Counted from the stretch's first letter, positions 8,886 to 20,593 are shown. The stretch is 40,113 nt of DNA from Anaerolineae bacterium (GCA_026418995.1 JAOAAG010000168.1:1-40113); one strand, 5' to 3'. Program-made: numbers and translations. The notes: generated by a model from the sequence alone, not told the origin.

Positions 8886-11150
8886 TCAGGTTGGCGCTGT
8901 GACGACTTTCAACTGCGAGAGCGCGATCTCCCGATAAATCTCACACGTCGCCATCAGTTCCTCATGAGTGCCCTGGCCGACGATATGGCCCTCGTCCAGC
9001 ACCAGGATCCGGTCAGCATATTTGATGGTCGCCACCCGCTGGGAAACGATAATGACGGTGCTCCCACCAACGTAATCCCGCAGTGCCTGTCGCAGCCGCA
9101 CATCGGTCCGATAGTCCAGCGAGGAGAAGCAGTCATCGAAGATGTAGAGCGCTGGACGTTTGACCAGGGCGCGAGCAACCGTAAGTCGCTGTTTTTGCCC
9201 GCCTGAGAAATTGGCTCCATGCTGGGCCACCTCCGCCTCCAGCGGTGAGCGACCGTCGTCGCCGGTGCGGGAAAGCATGATGTCGTGGGCCTGAGCGACT
9301 TCCAGCGCCTTCAGCAGCCGCTCTTCGGGCGCGTCCTCATCGGCGAAGCGCAGGTTGCTGGCAATCGTGCCGCTGAAGAGATTACTCTGCTGCGGGACGT
9401 AGCCGATGCGATCCCGCAGGTCCTTCAGCCGCACCCGGCGAATGTCCACCCCTCCGATGCGAATTTCCCCCTCCGTTACGTCATAGAAACGCGGAATCAG
9501 GTTGATAAGGGTGGATTTGCCGGAACCGGTGGTGCCGATGATGCCCACCGTCTCCCCGGCCCGGATGGTAAAGGTGATGTCGCTAAGGACGTTCTCCTCT
9601 GCGCCCGGATAGCGGAAGGAGACATGGCGGAACTCGATCGTGGGGTGGAAGGGCTCCGGGAAGGCGGCGGGCTCTTCAGGATCACTGATGCTCACCCTGG
9701 TTTCCAGAACGTCTGCGATGCGGTTGGCTGCGACATTCACCCGGGGTAGCATGGTGGCGAGCATAGAGAGCATCATAAAGGAGAAGAAAACCTGCATTGC
9801 ATACTGGAGGAAGGCCATCATATCGCCAACGCGCATGGTCGCCTGGGCTACCTGGTGGGCACCGATCCAGATGATAAGCACGTTGAGCCCGTTCATCAGC
9901 AGCATGGTCGCGGGCATCATCACCACGGCGACGCGGCTGACAAACAGGAAGGTTCGGGTGAGCTCCTGATTGGCCTGATCAAAGCGCTGTTTCTCGCGCT
10001 CCTGGCGGTTAAAGGCCCGCACGACCATCATACCGGTGAGGTTCTCCCGCGCAACCTGATTGAGACGGTCAACCAGGGACTGGATAAGCTTGAATCTGGG
10101 GAGTGTGATGACGAAGGTGCCCATAGTCAGGCCGACCAGAGCCAGAACGCCCAACGCGATGCTCCATAGCATAGAGGGACTCTTTGCAGCAGCGCGGAGC
10201 ATAGCCCCAATGCCCATCAGCGGTGCAAAGAAAACCATACGCAGGATGAACATCATCACCATCTGAATCTGGGTGATGTCATTAGTGGAGCGGGTGATGA
10301 GCGAGGCGGTGGAGAAGCGATCCAGTTCGGCCCCGGAAAAAGCCATGACCTTCTCAAAGAAACGGTGTCGCAGATCGCGGGCCAGCCCGGCCGCAATGCG
10401 CGCGGCCAGGAGGCCAACCGTTAAAGAAGCGATCACAGCAACCAGGGCGACAAGGAGCATCAGTCCACCGACACGCAGGATATAGGCGTTCTGGATTTTG
10501 AGCATATCCATGCCGAGGGCCTCGTACTCAGCGCGGATGGCACGGGCCGCGGCCTGGAACAGGGCCTTCTCCCCACCTAGTGCCTCGAACCGCCGCTCCA
10601 CAGCCTCGACCATATGGGCTCGCTGCCCGGCGGGCATACGGGCTAACAGACTGAACAGGTCTGTCCCTGGGGGGAGTTTGGAGAGGTCAAAACCGCTTAT
10701 CCCTGGCATCAGCGCTCCGGCCTGCTCTGGATGGGCCTGAACCCGTTCTATGCCGGAGACAATGATGAGTGCGCGGGCTAATGGGATCTGGTGTTGCCCT
10801 ATGGATACCCCGTCGGTAGGGCGGAGAACATAGACGGGTTCCTGAGCCAGCGCCGGATACCGCTCTACCAGCGGCTCATAGTCCGGTGATGAGGCATTCA
10901 CCAGAGCGTACTGGGCCATCATCCAGCTCTGTTCCTCCTGGGTCAGGAACAGGCGCAGACGGTCCAGTGTAGTCTGGCGCATGGCCTGGGGCAACACCTC
11001 TTCTACGCCTCCCTGCTGGATACCCACGTTGACGATGCGGGACATATAGTCGGGCAGGGAGAGGTCGGCGTTAGCCTGAATGAAGAGCAGCACCATGATA
11101 GCCAGGATCAGCGGGGTGAACGGTTGGATGTAGGGAAAGAGCCGTCTCAT
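8886..11150 (-). CDS. ABC exporter, fused permease and ATPase (type IV multidrug/lipid exporter-like half transporter) with a large insertion after TM1.
   Basis: Walker A GTTGSGKST, signature FSGGQKQRLTVARAL and Walker B LYIFDDCFSSLD are present, with 6 TM segments. About 190 residues lie between TM1 and TM2. Confidence 0.9.
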   Translation of the reverse strand: MRRLFPYIQPFTPLILAIMVLLFIQANADLSLPDYMSRIVNVGIQQGGVEEVLPQAMRQTTLDRLRLFLTQEEQSWMMAQYALVNASSPDYEPLVERYPALAQEPVYVLRPTDGVSIGQHQIPLARALIIVSGIERVQAHPEQAGALMPGISGFDLSKLPPGTDLFSLLARMPAGQRAHMVEAVERRFEALGGEKALFQAAARAIRAEYEALGMDMLKIQNAYILRVGGLMLLVALVAVIASLTVGLLAARIAAGLARDLRHRFFEKVMAFSGAELDRFSTASLITRSTNDITQIQMVMMFILRMVFFAPLMGIGAMLRAAAKSPSMLWSIALGVLALVGLTMGTFVITLPRFKLIQSLVDRLNQVARENLTGMMVVRAFNRQEREKQRFDQANQELTRTFLFVSRVAVVMMPATMLLMNGLNVLIIWIGAHQVAQATMRVGDMMAFLQYAMQVFFSFMMLSMLATMLPRVNVAANRIADVLETRVSISDPEEPAAFPEPFHPTIEFRHVSFRYPGAEENVLSDITFTIRAGETVGIIGTTGSGKSTLINLIPRFYDVTEGEIRIGGVDIRRVRLKDLRDRIGYVPQQSNLFSGTIASNLRFADEDAPEERLLKALEVAQAHDIMLSRTGDDGRSPLEAEVAQHGANFSGGQKQRLTVARALVKRPALYIFDDCFSSLDYRTDVRLRQALRDYVGGSTVIIVSQRVATIKYADRILVLDEGHIVGQGTHEELMATCEIYREIALSQLKVVTAPT

Positions 11151-11168
11151 AGGAGTCTCCTGTGGGGG

Positions 11169-11633
11169 CTATACCCATTCCTTAACGGCCGGTTGCGCCT
11201 CCCCGGATTCCAGTGCTTCGATGATGCGGTCTACAGCGGCGTGCAGGTGGGTACGTTCCTCAGCGGAGAGTGTGCTCAGCACCTGCTCCAGTTTTCGGTG
11301 ACGTTCGGCTTTGATCTGGTGCAGGAGTTGCACCCCGGTCTCCGTCAGCGAGACCACGACGGAGCGGCGATCGTGGAGATCACGGCGGCGCTCCACCAGC
11401 CCGCGTTCTACTAAGCGATCCACGATCCCCGTCATCGAAGGCAGGCTCTGCAGAGTGGCTGCGGCCAGGGGCCCCATACGGCATGGCCCTTCTGCCTTCT
11501 CCAGGGAAAGGAGGGCCATAAATTGGGGGAAGGTCAAGCCGTGGCGGGCCAGGTCGCGTGCGAAGTGTTGCCGCAACGCCCTCATCAGGCGGAAAAAACG
11601 CATGGCCAGTGCTTCCAGTTCATCGTCGGCCAT
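11169..11633 (-). CDS. MarR family transcriptional regulator.
   Basis: Winged-HTH region: LTFPQFMALLSLEKAEGPCRMGPLAAATLQSLPSMTGIVDRLVERGLVERRRDLHDRRSVVVSLTETG. ATG 11633 (MADDELE) has GGGAG upstream. An alternative GTG start is at 11666. It sits 18 nt upstream of the ABC exporter. Confidence 0.85.
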   Translation of the reverse strand: MADDELEALAMRFFRLMRALRQHFARDLARHGLTFPQFMALLSLEKAEGPCRMGPLAAATLQSLPSMTGIVDRLVERGLVERRRDLHDRRSVVVSLTETGVQLLHQIKAERHRKLEQVLSTLSAEERTHLHAAVDRIIEALESGEAQPAVKEWV

Positions 11634-11724
11634 CTCATCTCCCTGGTCACAGGTATGGCGACTCACACAGCTTCAGAGGCGGTCCCGTCAGGAAATTTTC
11701 TGGTCAAAATATTTAACGTTGCAA

Positions 11725-11752
11725 AGTATACCACATGGCAGGGGAGTGTCAA
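11725..11752 (-). promoter_or_regulatory. Putative sigma-70 promoter for the marR/ABC-exporter operon (TTGACA, 16 nt spacer, TGgTATACT extended -10).
   Basis: On the minus strand: TTGACA (plus coordinates 11747..11752) and TATACT (11725..11730), preceded by TGG. Confidence 0.4.
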
Positions 11753-11815
11753 TCGGGCCCTGAGCGCCCTGGAGCTGCGCGGCATGTCACCGGGTATGGG
11801 CCAACTGGCACCTGT

Positions 11816-13123
11816 CTACCCCACCAGCGCAAGCAGCAAATCGTTCACATTGGTGCCGGTGGGGCCAGTACGGATGAGGGCGCCGAGCTGGTCAAAGAAG
11901 CTGTAGCTGTCGTTGGCCTCCAACGCTGCCAGGGGATCCAGCCCCAGCGCCCGGGCGCGGGAGACGGTCTCGCCGGTGACGAGGGCACCGGCGGCATCGG
12001 TGGGGCCGTCACTGCCGTCGGTGGCCAGAGCCACCAGCAGGACGCCTGGCCATCCCTCAAGCGCGAGTGCCGCTGCTAGAGCGAGCTCTGTGTTACGTCC
12101 CCCCTTGCCTGGCCCGCGGACCGTCACTGTCGTTTCCCCGCCCCACACCAGACAGGCCGGCGGTGACAGGGGGTCGCCGCAGGCGCGCACGCCCTTCACC
12201 AGCGCCGCCGCGACCTTGGCTACCTCGCGAGCCTCTCCCTCTACGAAGGTGCTCAACAACAGGGCGTTGAATCCCAGCCGGGCAGCCTGATCTACTGCTG
12301 CAAGCGCCGCCATCCGGTTGGAGCCGACGATGACATACTGAGCGCGGGCAAAAACTGAATCGCCTGGCTTGGGTGTCTCCAGGAGAAATGGGCCATAGCG
12401 GTAACTACTCTCACGGCCCAGTCGCCTTGCAAGCACAGCCTGTGCATCGCTCACCGTAGTGGGGTCCGGCACGGTGGGGCCGGAGCCGATGACCTCTGGG
12501 GGGTCGCCTACTACGTCTGAGAGAGCAAGGGTCACGAGCGCAGCCGGAGTGATCAGACGGGCCAGATTGCCTCCCGCGAGCACTGAGCAGTGCTTGCGGA
12601 CGGTATTAAGCTCGTTGATCGTGGCTCCAGCACGCAGCAGAACTCCGGTAAGCGACTGGAGCTCGGCCAGGGAAAGGCCGGGCGCCGGCAGGGTAAGCAG
12701 TGCTGAGGCACCGCCGGAGAGGAGACACAGCACCAGGTCGCGCTCCGTAGCCCGACGCGCCATCTCTGCAACGGCCTGTGCCCCGCGTATTGAGTTCTCG
12801 TCGGGTATGGGATGGCCTGCTTCAAGGATGGTGAGGTGAGGCGGGTGGACAGTCGCATGGCCGTATTTGGTCACCAGTACGCCAGCAGTCAGGTAATCGC
12901 CCAGAATGTCGGCAACAGCCTGGCCCATCGCGGCGGCTGCCTTGCCACCCCCGAGGACGTAGACGTGGGCGTACTGATCCAGGTTATAGGTGTGTCCGGC
13001 CACGGTCAGCAGATTACCAGCACGGACAACATGGCACCGCACTGCCGCTGCGGGCTCGACCGCTGCCAGCGCAGACTGGATCAATTGGGTAGCCATACGC
13101 GCAAGGGCATCTTCTGAGAGCAT
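11816..13123 (-). CDS. Glycerate 2-kinase / hydroxypyruvate-reductase-like protein (DUF4147 plus MOFRL family).
   Basis: 435 aa with typical family segments: GGGKAAAAMG, LLSGGASALL, CLVWGGETTVTVRGPGKGGRNTELALAAAL, ATDGSDGPTDAAGA, TGPTGTNVNDL. Confidence 0.85.
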   Translation of the reverse strand: MLSEDALARMATQLIQSALAAVEPAAAVRCHVVRAGNLLTVAGHTYNLDQYAHVYVLGGGKAAAAMGQAVADILGDYLTAGVLVTKYGHATVHPPHLTILEAGHPIPDENSIRGAQAVAEMARRATERDLVLCLLSGGASALLTLPAPGLSLAELQSLTGVLLRAGATINELNTVRKHCSVLAGGNLARLITPAALVTLALSDVVGDPPEVIGSGPTVPDPTTVSDAQAVLARRLGRESSYRYGPFLLETPKPGDSVFARAQYVIVGSNRMAALAAVDQAARLGFNALLLSTFVEGEAREVAKVAAALVKGVRACGDPLSPPACLVWGGETTVTVRGPGKGGRNTELALAAALALEGWPGVLLVALATDGSDGPTDAAGALVTGETVSRARALGLDPLAALEANDSYSFFDQLGALIRTGPTGTNVNDLLLALVG

Positions 13124-13124
13124 G

Positions 13125-14555
13125 TTACTTCAGCCTCTGGACTGCTCTGGCGGCCGCTTCTTCGGGCGAGGCCTGTCCGAGCAACACTTCTTCTACTGCC
13201 TCCTGGAGCACTGGCCCCACGGTTGCGACAATCGCATCAGGCGGTGGCGGAACGGCGGCTTCCATAATTCTGCGCAACGCTGACCGGTCCCTGTCGGAGA
13301 TACGCCACTCCCGCAGTGCACTATGGGTGGCCGGCAGGTAACCAGCAACGCGGCTCCATCGGCCGTTATGCTCAGGGGCGATCAACCAGTTAAGTAGCAG
13401 CAGGGCCAGCTTCTGCCTGGCAGGATCATCGTGGGACACCATCGCCATGGCCCATCCCCGGCGGACGATCGTGAAGGGCCTTCCGTAACGGGTGGGAATA
13501 GGTGCAGCACCCATATCCCCGCGACCCTCGCTCCAGAAGCGGCCTGCCCGCACCACGGCTATGTCACCCACCCCATGCTTAAACATTTCCCAGGCCTGAT
13601 CCGCGTCCTGTATGCTCAGCACGAGCGTGGGCGAGAGCACAATGGAGACCGGGGGAGGGATGGTGACCATCACCGTCACCGGTTGAGCAGATGAAATGAC
13701 TTCTGTGCCAGAGGTTAACGTGGCCGTTACGGTGGCCGTTACCGGTGGAGGTGTGATGACCATGGGCACGGTCTGGGGTCCGGCCGCGGCTGTCACACAG
13801 TCTTGATAGAACTGGAGCACACTCAGCAACGCCTCCTGGTCCAACGATGGCCGGTTGGCCGCATCGGTGAGTCTGCCACCAGCGGCCAGATACTGGATTA
13901 GCGTCGCGTCGTTGACCTGGTGGTCCTTTCCCCCGGCAGGAAAGATGAAATGCACAGGCGGAGAGATAGGCTGCGTCCAGGAAATCGGTGGCGCGTCGAG
14001 CAGTTGAGTCCGGTAGGCCAGGTGCTCCAGGTCCACGCCGAGAATCAAGCCATAAGTACTGTCACCGACCTCACCCATCTCGGAGGCAAACGGGAAACGC
14101 TCGCTCATCCCGGTCGGCGCGAGAGGATCGAGCGGCTGAAGCAAACCCAGTCTGGCGGCGGTCTCTAGCTCGCCCGCGTCCAGAACAATCAGATCGGGCA
14201 GTACCGACGGTGCCGCATCTCTGGCCGTGCGTAGAAAATCGAGCAGCCCTCCCCTCCCGTGAGCTTTTTTAACCACCACTTCCACCTGGAGATCGGGATA
14301 GGTTCTGCTGAATTCCGCCAACTGTAGAGCCAGCAATTGGGCCCCTGGGGCTCCGTCATAGGGATCCAGTTCTTCAGGCAGCCATAAACGCAGCGTGACG
14401 ATAAGCGGTTGCGCAGAGAATGGCTCGGGGGTCGGAGTAGGGGGAGGGAGAGTCGGCTCTGGAGTCGGCAGCTCCGAGAAAGGGGTAGCCACTGCCTGAG
14501 CACAGCCGGTCAGGACAAGGAGCAGGATGCCGCAGAGGAGACGCGCTTTCATCAA
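13125..14555 (-). CDS. Solute-binding-protein-like lipoprotein (family 1 fold) with a Thr/Val/Pro-rich insertion. No cognate permease genes are adjacent.
   Basis: Lipoprotein signal MMKARLLCGILLLVLTGCAQ followed by a Pro/Thr linker. It resembles MalE-type binding proteins. Its stop is 1 nt from the glycerate kinase start. Confidence 0.7.
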   Translation of the reverse strand: MMKARLLCGILLLVLTGCAQAVATPFSELPTPEPTLPPPTPTPEPFSAQPLIVTLRLWLPEELDPYDGAPGAQLLALQLAEFSRTYPDLQVEVVVKKAHGRGGLLDFLRTARDAAPSVLPDLIVLDAGELETAARLGLLQPLDPLAPTGMSERFPFASEMGEVGDSTYGLILGVDLEHLAYRTQLLDAPPISWTQPISPPVHFIFPAGGKDHQVNDATLIQYLAAGGRLTDAANRPSLDQEALLSVLQFYQDCVTAAAGPQTVPMVITPPPVTATVTATLTSGTEVISSAQPVTVMVTIPPPVSIVLSPTLVLSIQDADQAWEMFKHGVGDIAVVRAGRFWSEGRGDMGAAPIPTRYGRPFTIVRRGWAMAMVSHDDPARQKLALLLLNWLIAPEHNGRWSRVAGYLPATHSALREWRISDRDRSALRRIMEAAVPPPPDAIVATVGPVLQEAVEEVLLGQASPEEAAARAVQRLK

Positions 14556-14644
14556 TATAGATTATAACACAAAGCTACCGAAATCCCATGGCCCCCCAGG
14601 CGACCGTCACGGGTGGAGGTAACCTTACCCGGCCATACCCGCAC

Positions 14645-14672
14645 TTGCGAAATCTCCATTTCCGGCTACAAT
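14645..14672 (+). promoter_or_regulatory. Putative sigma-70 promoter for alaS (TTGCGA, 16 nt spacer, TACAAT).
   Basis: -35 at 14645..14650 and -10 at 14667..14672, about 30 nt upstream of ATG 14702. Confidence 0.4.
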
Positions 14673-14701
14673 ACCCTTTACCTTAATGAGGGGATGAGGG
14701 C

Positions 14702-17452
<2,751 letters not shown>

Positions 17453-17459
17453 CAGTACC

Positions 17460-19025
17460 ATGAGCCTGGGACCATCCCCAGCTATAGACCTGGAATTGCA
17501 TGACGACCTCGCCTCAGTCCGCTACCGCCTCGACCAGGTCGCTCGCGGACGTGTGATCCTGGTCCTGCCCTGGGACCTGCGCTTCCTCTCCCGGCCACTG
17601 GACTTCACGCTGCTGCGACGCGAGGCCGAGCGCCGCCAGCTCGAGGTTGCTATCGTTTCTCCCGACCCGGAGCGGCGTGCACTGGCACACGATTGTGGCT
17701 TCCCCTCGTTCGCTACCGTCCAGGAAGCTCAGGAGAGCGTGGTGTGGCGCTCGCGTGCTCCGGAGCGGGTATTGCCCCCTCCCCGGCATTGGTGGGATGA
17801 GGACATCAGCCTCAGGCCCCGGCCGGTCCGTCCGCATCCACGCTGGCTGGCCTGGCTCGGCCTGGGCCTACGGTTCATGATCTTCCTTCTGGTGCTAGCG
17901 GTCCTGGCGGGAAGCGCCTATGCCGTCGTGCCCAGCGCGGCGGTGACGCTGGTCCCGGCCGGGCGGGAGTTTACCATCATCGTGCCGGTCTCCGTCAGCC
18001 CGGACATCGAGGCCATTGACCATACGAAGCGCCTCATCCCGGCGCGTCGCCTGGGGGTATATGTCTCCGGCTACGCTGAGACCGAGACGACCGGTACAAT
18101 GAGCGTCATCAGAGGCCGCGCCACCGGCACCGTGCTGTTCACCAACCTGCTGAGCCAGGACTACCTGGTGCCAGCCGGCACTGTGGTACGCACCTCGTCG
18201 TCAAGCTATCCCCTGCGCTTCCGTACCACCGCCGATGTCCTGGTTCCCGCTATGGGGCAGGCGACCGCTCCCATTGAGAGCCTGACGGAGGGAAGTGGAG
18301 GCGTCGCCGCGTTTGAGATCAACCGCGTCGAAGGGGTGGCCGCCTCCGCTGTGCGGGTGATCAACCCGGAGCCGACTGGTGGAGCGGAGGAGGCGGAGGT
18401 GCGCGTGGTGACCCAGGCCGACTACGACCGCGTGCGGAAGGCGCTGATACGCCAGTTATTTGACCAGGCTGCCGCTGACATGCATAGCCTGATGGCGCCG
18501 ACCGAGATGCTCCTCCGCCAGTCGCTGCGTATCGAGGCGGTGCCCAAGGAATCCTACACTCGCTTCCTGACCGAGCAGGCCGATAGCGTGGGGCTGGACA
18601 TGCAATTGCTGGTCAGTGGGCTGGCCGTGGACATCGCCAATGCCAAATCCGTCGCCTACGTCAGCCTTTCCCGTCGCCTGCCCCCCGGCTACAACCTGGT
18701 GAGCGTGGAGTATGAGGTGGGAGAAATGGCCGAGGAGGACATCGGGCCGGGCCAGTTCACTCTCTTTGTGACTGCCAGAGGCTACGCGGCCGTCGGGCTG
18801 GACACCGATGTGGCGCTTGATCTTATCCGTGGGCAGCCTCCTGATGTGGCCACGCAGAGCTTGCGAGCACAGCTACCTCTCGCCGAGGAACCGCAGATCG
18901 TGCTCTGGCCCGAATGGCCAGAACGGCTCAAGTGGCTGGAGCGCGTGCCTTACCTCCCGCTGCGCATCAGGGTACAGGTGATTCCCAGAGGTGACAGTTC
19001 AGGTGACAGTCACTTCAGAAAGTGA
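17460..19025 (+). CDS. Conserved-looking hypothetical single-pass membrane protein (521 aa), family not recognised with confidence.
   Basis: Cytoplasmic N-domain of about 120 aa, then one TM (WLAWLGLGLRFMIFLLVLAVLAGSAYAVV), then an extracytoplasmic beta-rich domain of about 370 aa. It starts 7 nt after the alaS stop. Codon usage is like its neighbours. There is a faint resemblance to baseplate-J-like folds, which I could not verify. Confidence 0.7.
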   Translation: MSLGPSPAIDLELHDDLASVRYRLDQVARGRVILVLPWDLRFLSRPLDFTLLRREAERRQLEVAIVSPDPERRALAHDCGFPSFATVQEAQESVVWRSRAPERVLPPPRHWWDEDISLRPRPVRPHPRWLAWLGLGLRFMIFLLVLAVLAGSAYAVVPSAAVTLVPAGREFTIIVPVSVSPDIEAIDHTKRLIPARRLGVYVSGYAETETTGTMSVIRGRATGTVLFTNLLSQDYLVPAGTVVRTSSSSYPLRFRTTADVLVPAMGQATAPIESLTEGSGGVAAFEINRVEGVAASAVRVINPEPTGGAEEAEVRVVTQADYDRVRKALIRQLFDQAAADMHSLMAPTEMLLRQSLRIEAVPKESYTRFLTEQADSVGLDMQLLVSGLAVDIANAKSVAYVSLSRRLPPGYNLVSVEYEVGEMAEEDIGPGQFTLFVTARGYAAVGLDTDVALDLIRGQPPDVATQSLRAQLPLAEEPQIVLWPEWPERLKWLERVPYLPLRIRVQVIPRGDSSGDSHFRK

Positions 19026-19034
19026 CTGTCACCT
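18989..19034. repeat. REP-like palindromic element, copy 1: AGGTGACAGTCACTT-CAGA-AAGTGACTGTCACCT, preceded by a 10-nt direct duplication of AGGTGACAGT.
   Basis: Perfect 15-bp stem at 19001..19015 / 19020..19034. Half-copy at 18989..18998. A near-identical hairpin occurs at 39514..39546. Confidence 0.8.
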
Positions 19035-19048
19035 CAAAGCGGTGGTGT

Positions 19049-19507
19049 ATGCGAGTAATGGGGCTGGATGTCGGGGACAAGCGCATCGGCATTGCCATCA
19101 GTGACCCCAGCGGCACGGTGGCCCGCCCGCTCTGTGCGCTGGAGCGGCGCTCCCAGCAGAGGGATTTCGACGCCATAGCCGCACTCGTGGCTGAACATGG
19201 GGTGGAGCTGGTCGTGGTTGGGCATCCGCTCAGCCTGAACGGGACAGAGGGTGCGCAGGCACGCTCCATCTCCGGGTATGCTCTCGCGCTCAGAGAGCGC
19301 CTGTCCGTGCCCGTTCTCCTGTGGGACGAGCGGTTCAGCACGACGGAAGCACAGGAAGTGTTGCTCCAGACCCGCAGCCGAAGCCAGCGTTTCACAGCGA
19401 GAAAATCGGGCGAGCTGGATGCGGTCGCGGCTGCTGTGATCTTACAGCATTACCTGGACTCAAGCAGGACGATCCAGAGTCGTCCTATTACAGAAGGAGG
19501 GGCATGA
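19049..19507 (+). CDS. ruvX: Holliday junction resolvase-like / pre-16S rRNA nuclease RuvX (YqgF).
   Basis: MRVMGLDVGDKRIGIAISDP is the canonical YqgF N-terminus, and DERFSTTEA is present. Start is taken at ATG 19049 (alternative at 19058). The track start GTG 19022 lies inside the palindrome. Confidence 0.9.
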   Translation: MRVMGLDVGDKRIGIAISDPSGTVARPLCALERRSQQRDFDAIAALVAEHGVELVVVGHPLSLNGTEGAQARSISGYALALRERLSVPVLLWDERFSTTEAQEVLLQTRSRSQRFTARKSGELDAVAAAVILQHYLDSSRTIQSRPITEGGA

Positions 19508-20589
19508 GAAATACCGTCACATTCCTCATCCTCTGCGGAGTCATTTTAGCGCTGGCCCACATAGCGTGTGGGGTGGGGTCTCCGGAGGAGCTGGTGATTG
19601 CTGCCTATCTCGAGGCCAACGCCGACCGGTTGGCGCAGCCGGCCGGCGCCGATGATACACCGGTCACCTTCGTCGTTGAACCTGGCGAGACGGCTGGCGA
19701 GATCGCTGCCCGTTTGAAGGAGCTGGGGCTGATCTCCGACGCCGAGCTGTTCCGCCGCTATGTTCAGTACCATAAGCTGGACGCCGGCATCGAGGCCGGC
19801 GAGTTCACCCTGCGCCAGACGATGACCATCCCGGAAATTGCTATGGCGCTGCAAAAGGGCCATCGGCCTGAGCAGGAGATAACCATTCGCGAAGGGCTGC
19901 GGCTGGAAGAGGTGGCCCTTGCTGTGGCTTCCCAGACCACGATTCCTCAGGACGAGTTCCTGGCACTGGTGACGACCGGTTGGCACAACGCGGGCCTGGC
20001 CTTCGATTTCCTCACTACTCTGCCTCCCACCGCAACGCTGGAGGGCTTCCTCTTCCCGGACACATACCGCTTGCCTGAGGACGCCACCGCCCGTGACCTG
20101 GTGGAGCGCATGCTGAGCACCTTTGACGCCAGGGTCACGCTGGACATGCGCACCGCCGCAGCAAACCACGGCCTGGATGTTTACAAGCTGGTGACGCTGG
20201 CCTCCATTGTTGAACGGGAGGCGGTGCTGGACGAGGAACGCCCGCTCATCGCGGGGGTCTATCATAACCGCCTGACCAGCGGCTGGTTTCTGGGCGCATG
20301 TCCCACCGTCCAGTACGCACTGGGCACGCCGGAGGACTGGTGGCCTCAGTTCACGCTGGAGGCCACGCAGATAGACTCACCCTACAACACGTACCGCCAC
20401 CTGGGCCTGCCGCCCGGACCGATCTGCAGTCCGGGACTAGCCTCGATCCGTGCTTCAGCTTACCCTGCCGAGACGGACTATTATTTCTTTATGGTAGACT
20501 GTACGAAGGATGACGGAAGCCACCTGTTCGCCGTCACGCAAGAGGAGCACAACCGCAACTACGAAAGGTGCGGTGGCCAGAGCCCTTAG
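19504..20589 (+). CDS. mltG: Endolytic murein transglycosylase MltG (YceG-like).
   Basis: N-terminal TM anchor MRNTVTFLILCGVILALA. YceG motifs are present: LASIVEREA, GVYHNRL, DSPYNTYRHLGLPPGPICSPGLASIRA. ATG 19504 overlaps the ruvX stop (ATGA). The longer track ORF from 19321 overlaps ruvX and is rejected. Confidence 0.9.
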   Translation: MRNTVTFLILCGVILALAHIACGVGSPEELVIAAYLEANADRLAQPAGADDTPVTFVVEPGETAGEIAARLKELGLISDAELFRRYVQYHKLDAGIEAGEFTLRQTMTIPEIAMALQKGHRPEQEITIREGLRLEEVALAVASQTTIPQDEFLALVTTGWHNAGLAFDFLTTLPPTATLEGFLFPDTYRLPEDATARDLVERMLSTFDARVTLDMRTAAANHGLDVYKLVTLASIVEREAVLDEERPLIAGVYHNRLTSGWFLGACPTVQYALGTPEDWWPQFTLEATQIDSPYNTYRHLGLPPGPICSPGLASIRASAYPAETDYYFFMVDCTKDDGSHLFAVTQEEHNRNYERCGGQSP

Positions 20590-20593
20590 GGGA

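Noticed and set aside
11681-11698. Possible MarR operator (AGGAAATTTTCT quasi-palindrome) in the marR leader.
   Set aside because: It is a 12-bp AT-rich palindrome with one mismatch, downstream of the predicted transcription start. It cannot be distinguished from chance without comparative data.
14556-14701. Possible T-box or other leader RNA upstream of alaS.
   Set aside because: The predicted promoter leaves a leader of only about 25-30 nt. That is far too short for a T-box, and no specifier or T-box sequence is present.
19321-19503. Extension of 61 codons on the MltG ORF overlapping ruvX.
   Set aside because: It overlaps the 3-prime third of ruvX in another frame. ATG 19504 gives the expected N-terminal membrane anchor and an ATGA overlap with the ruvX stop.
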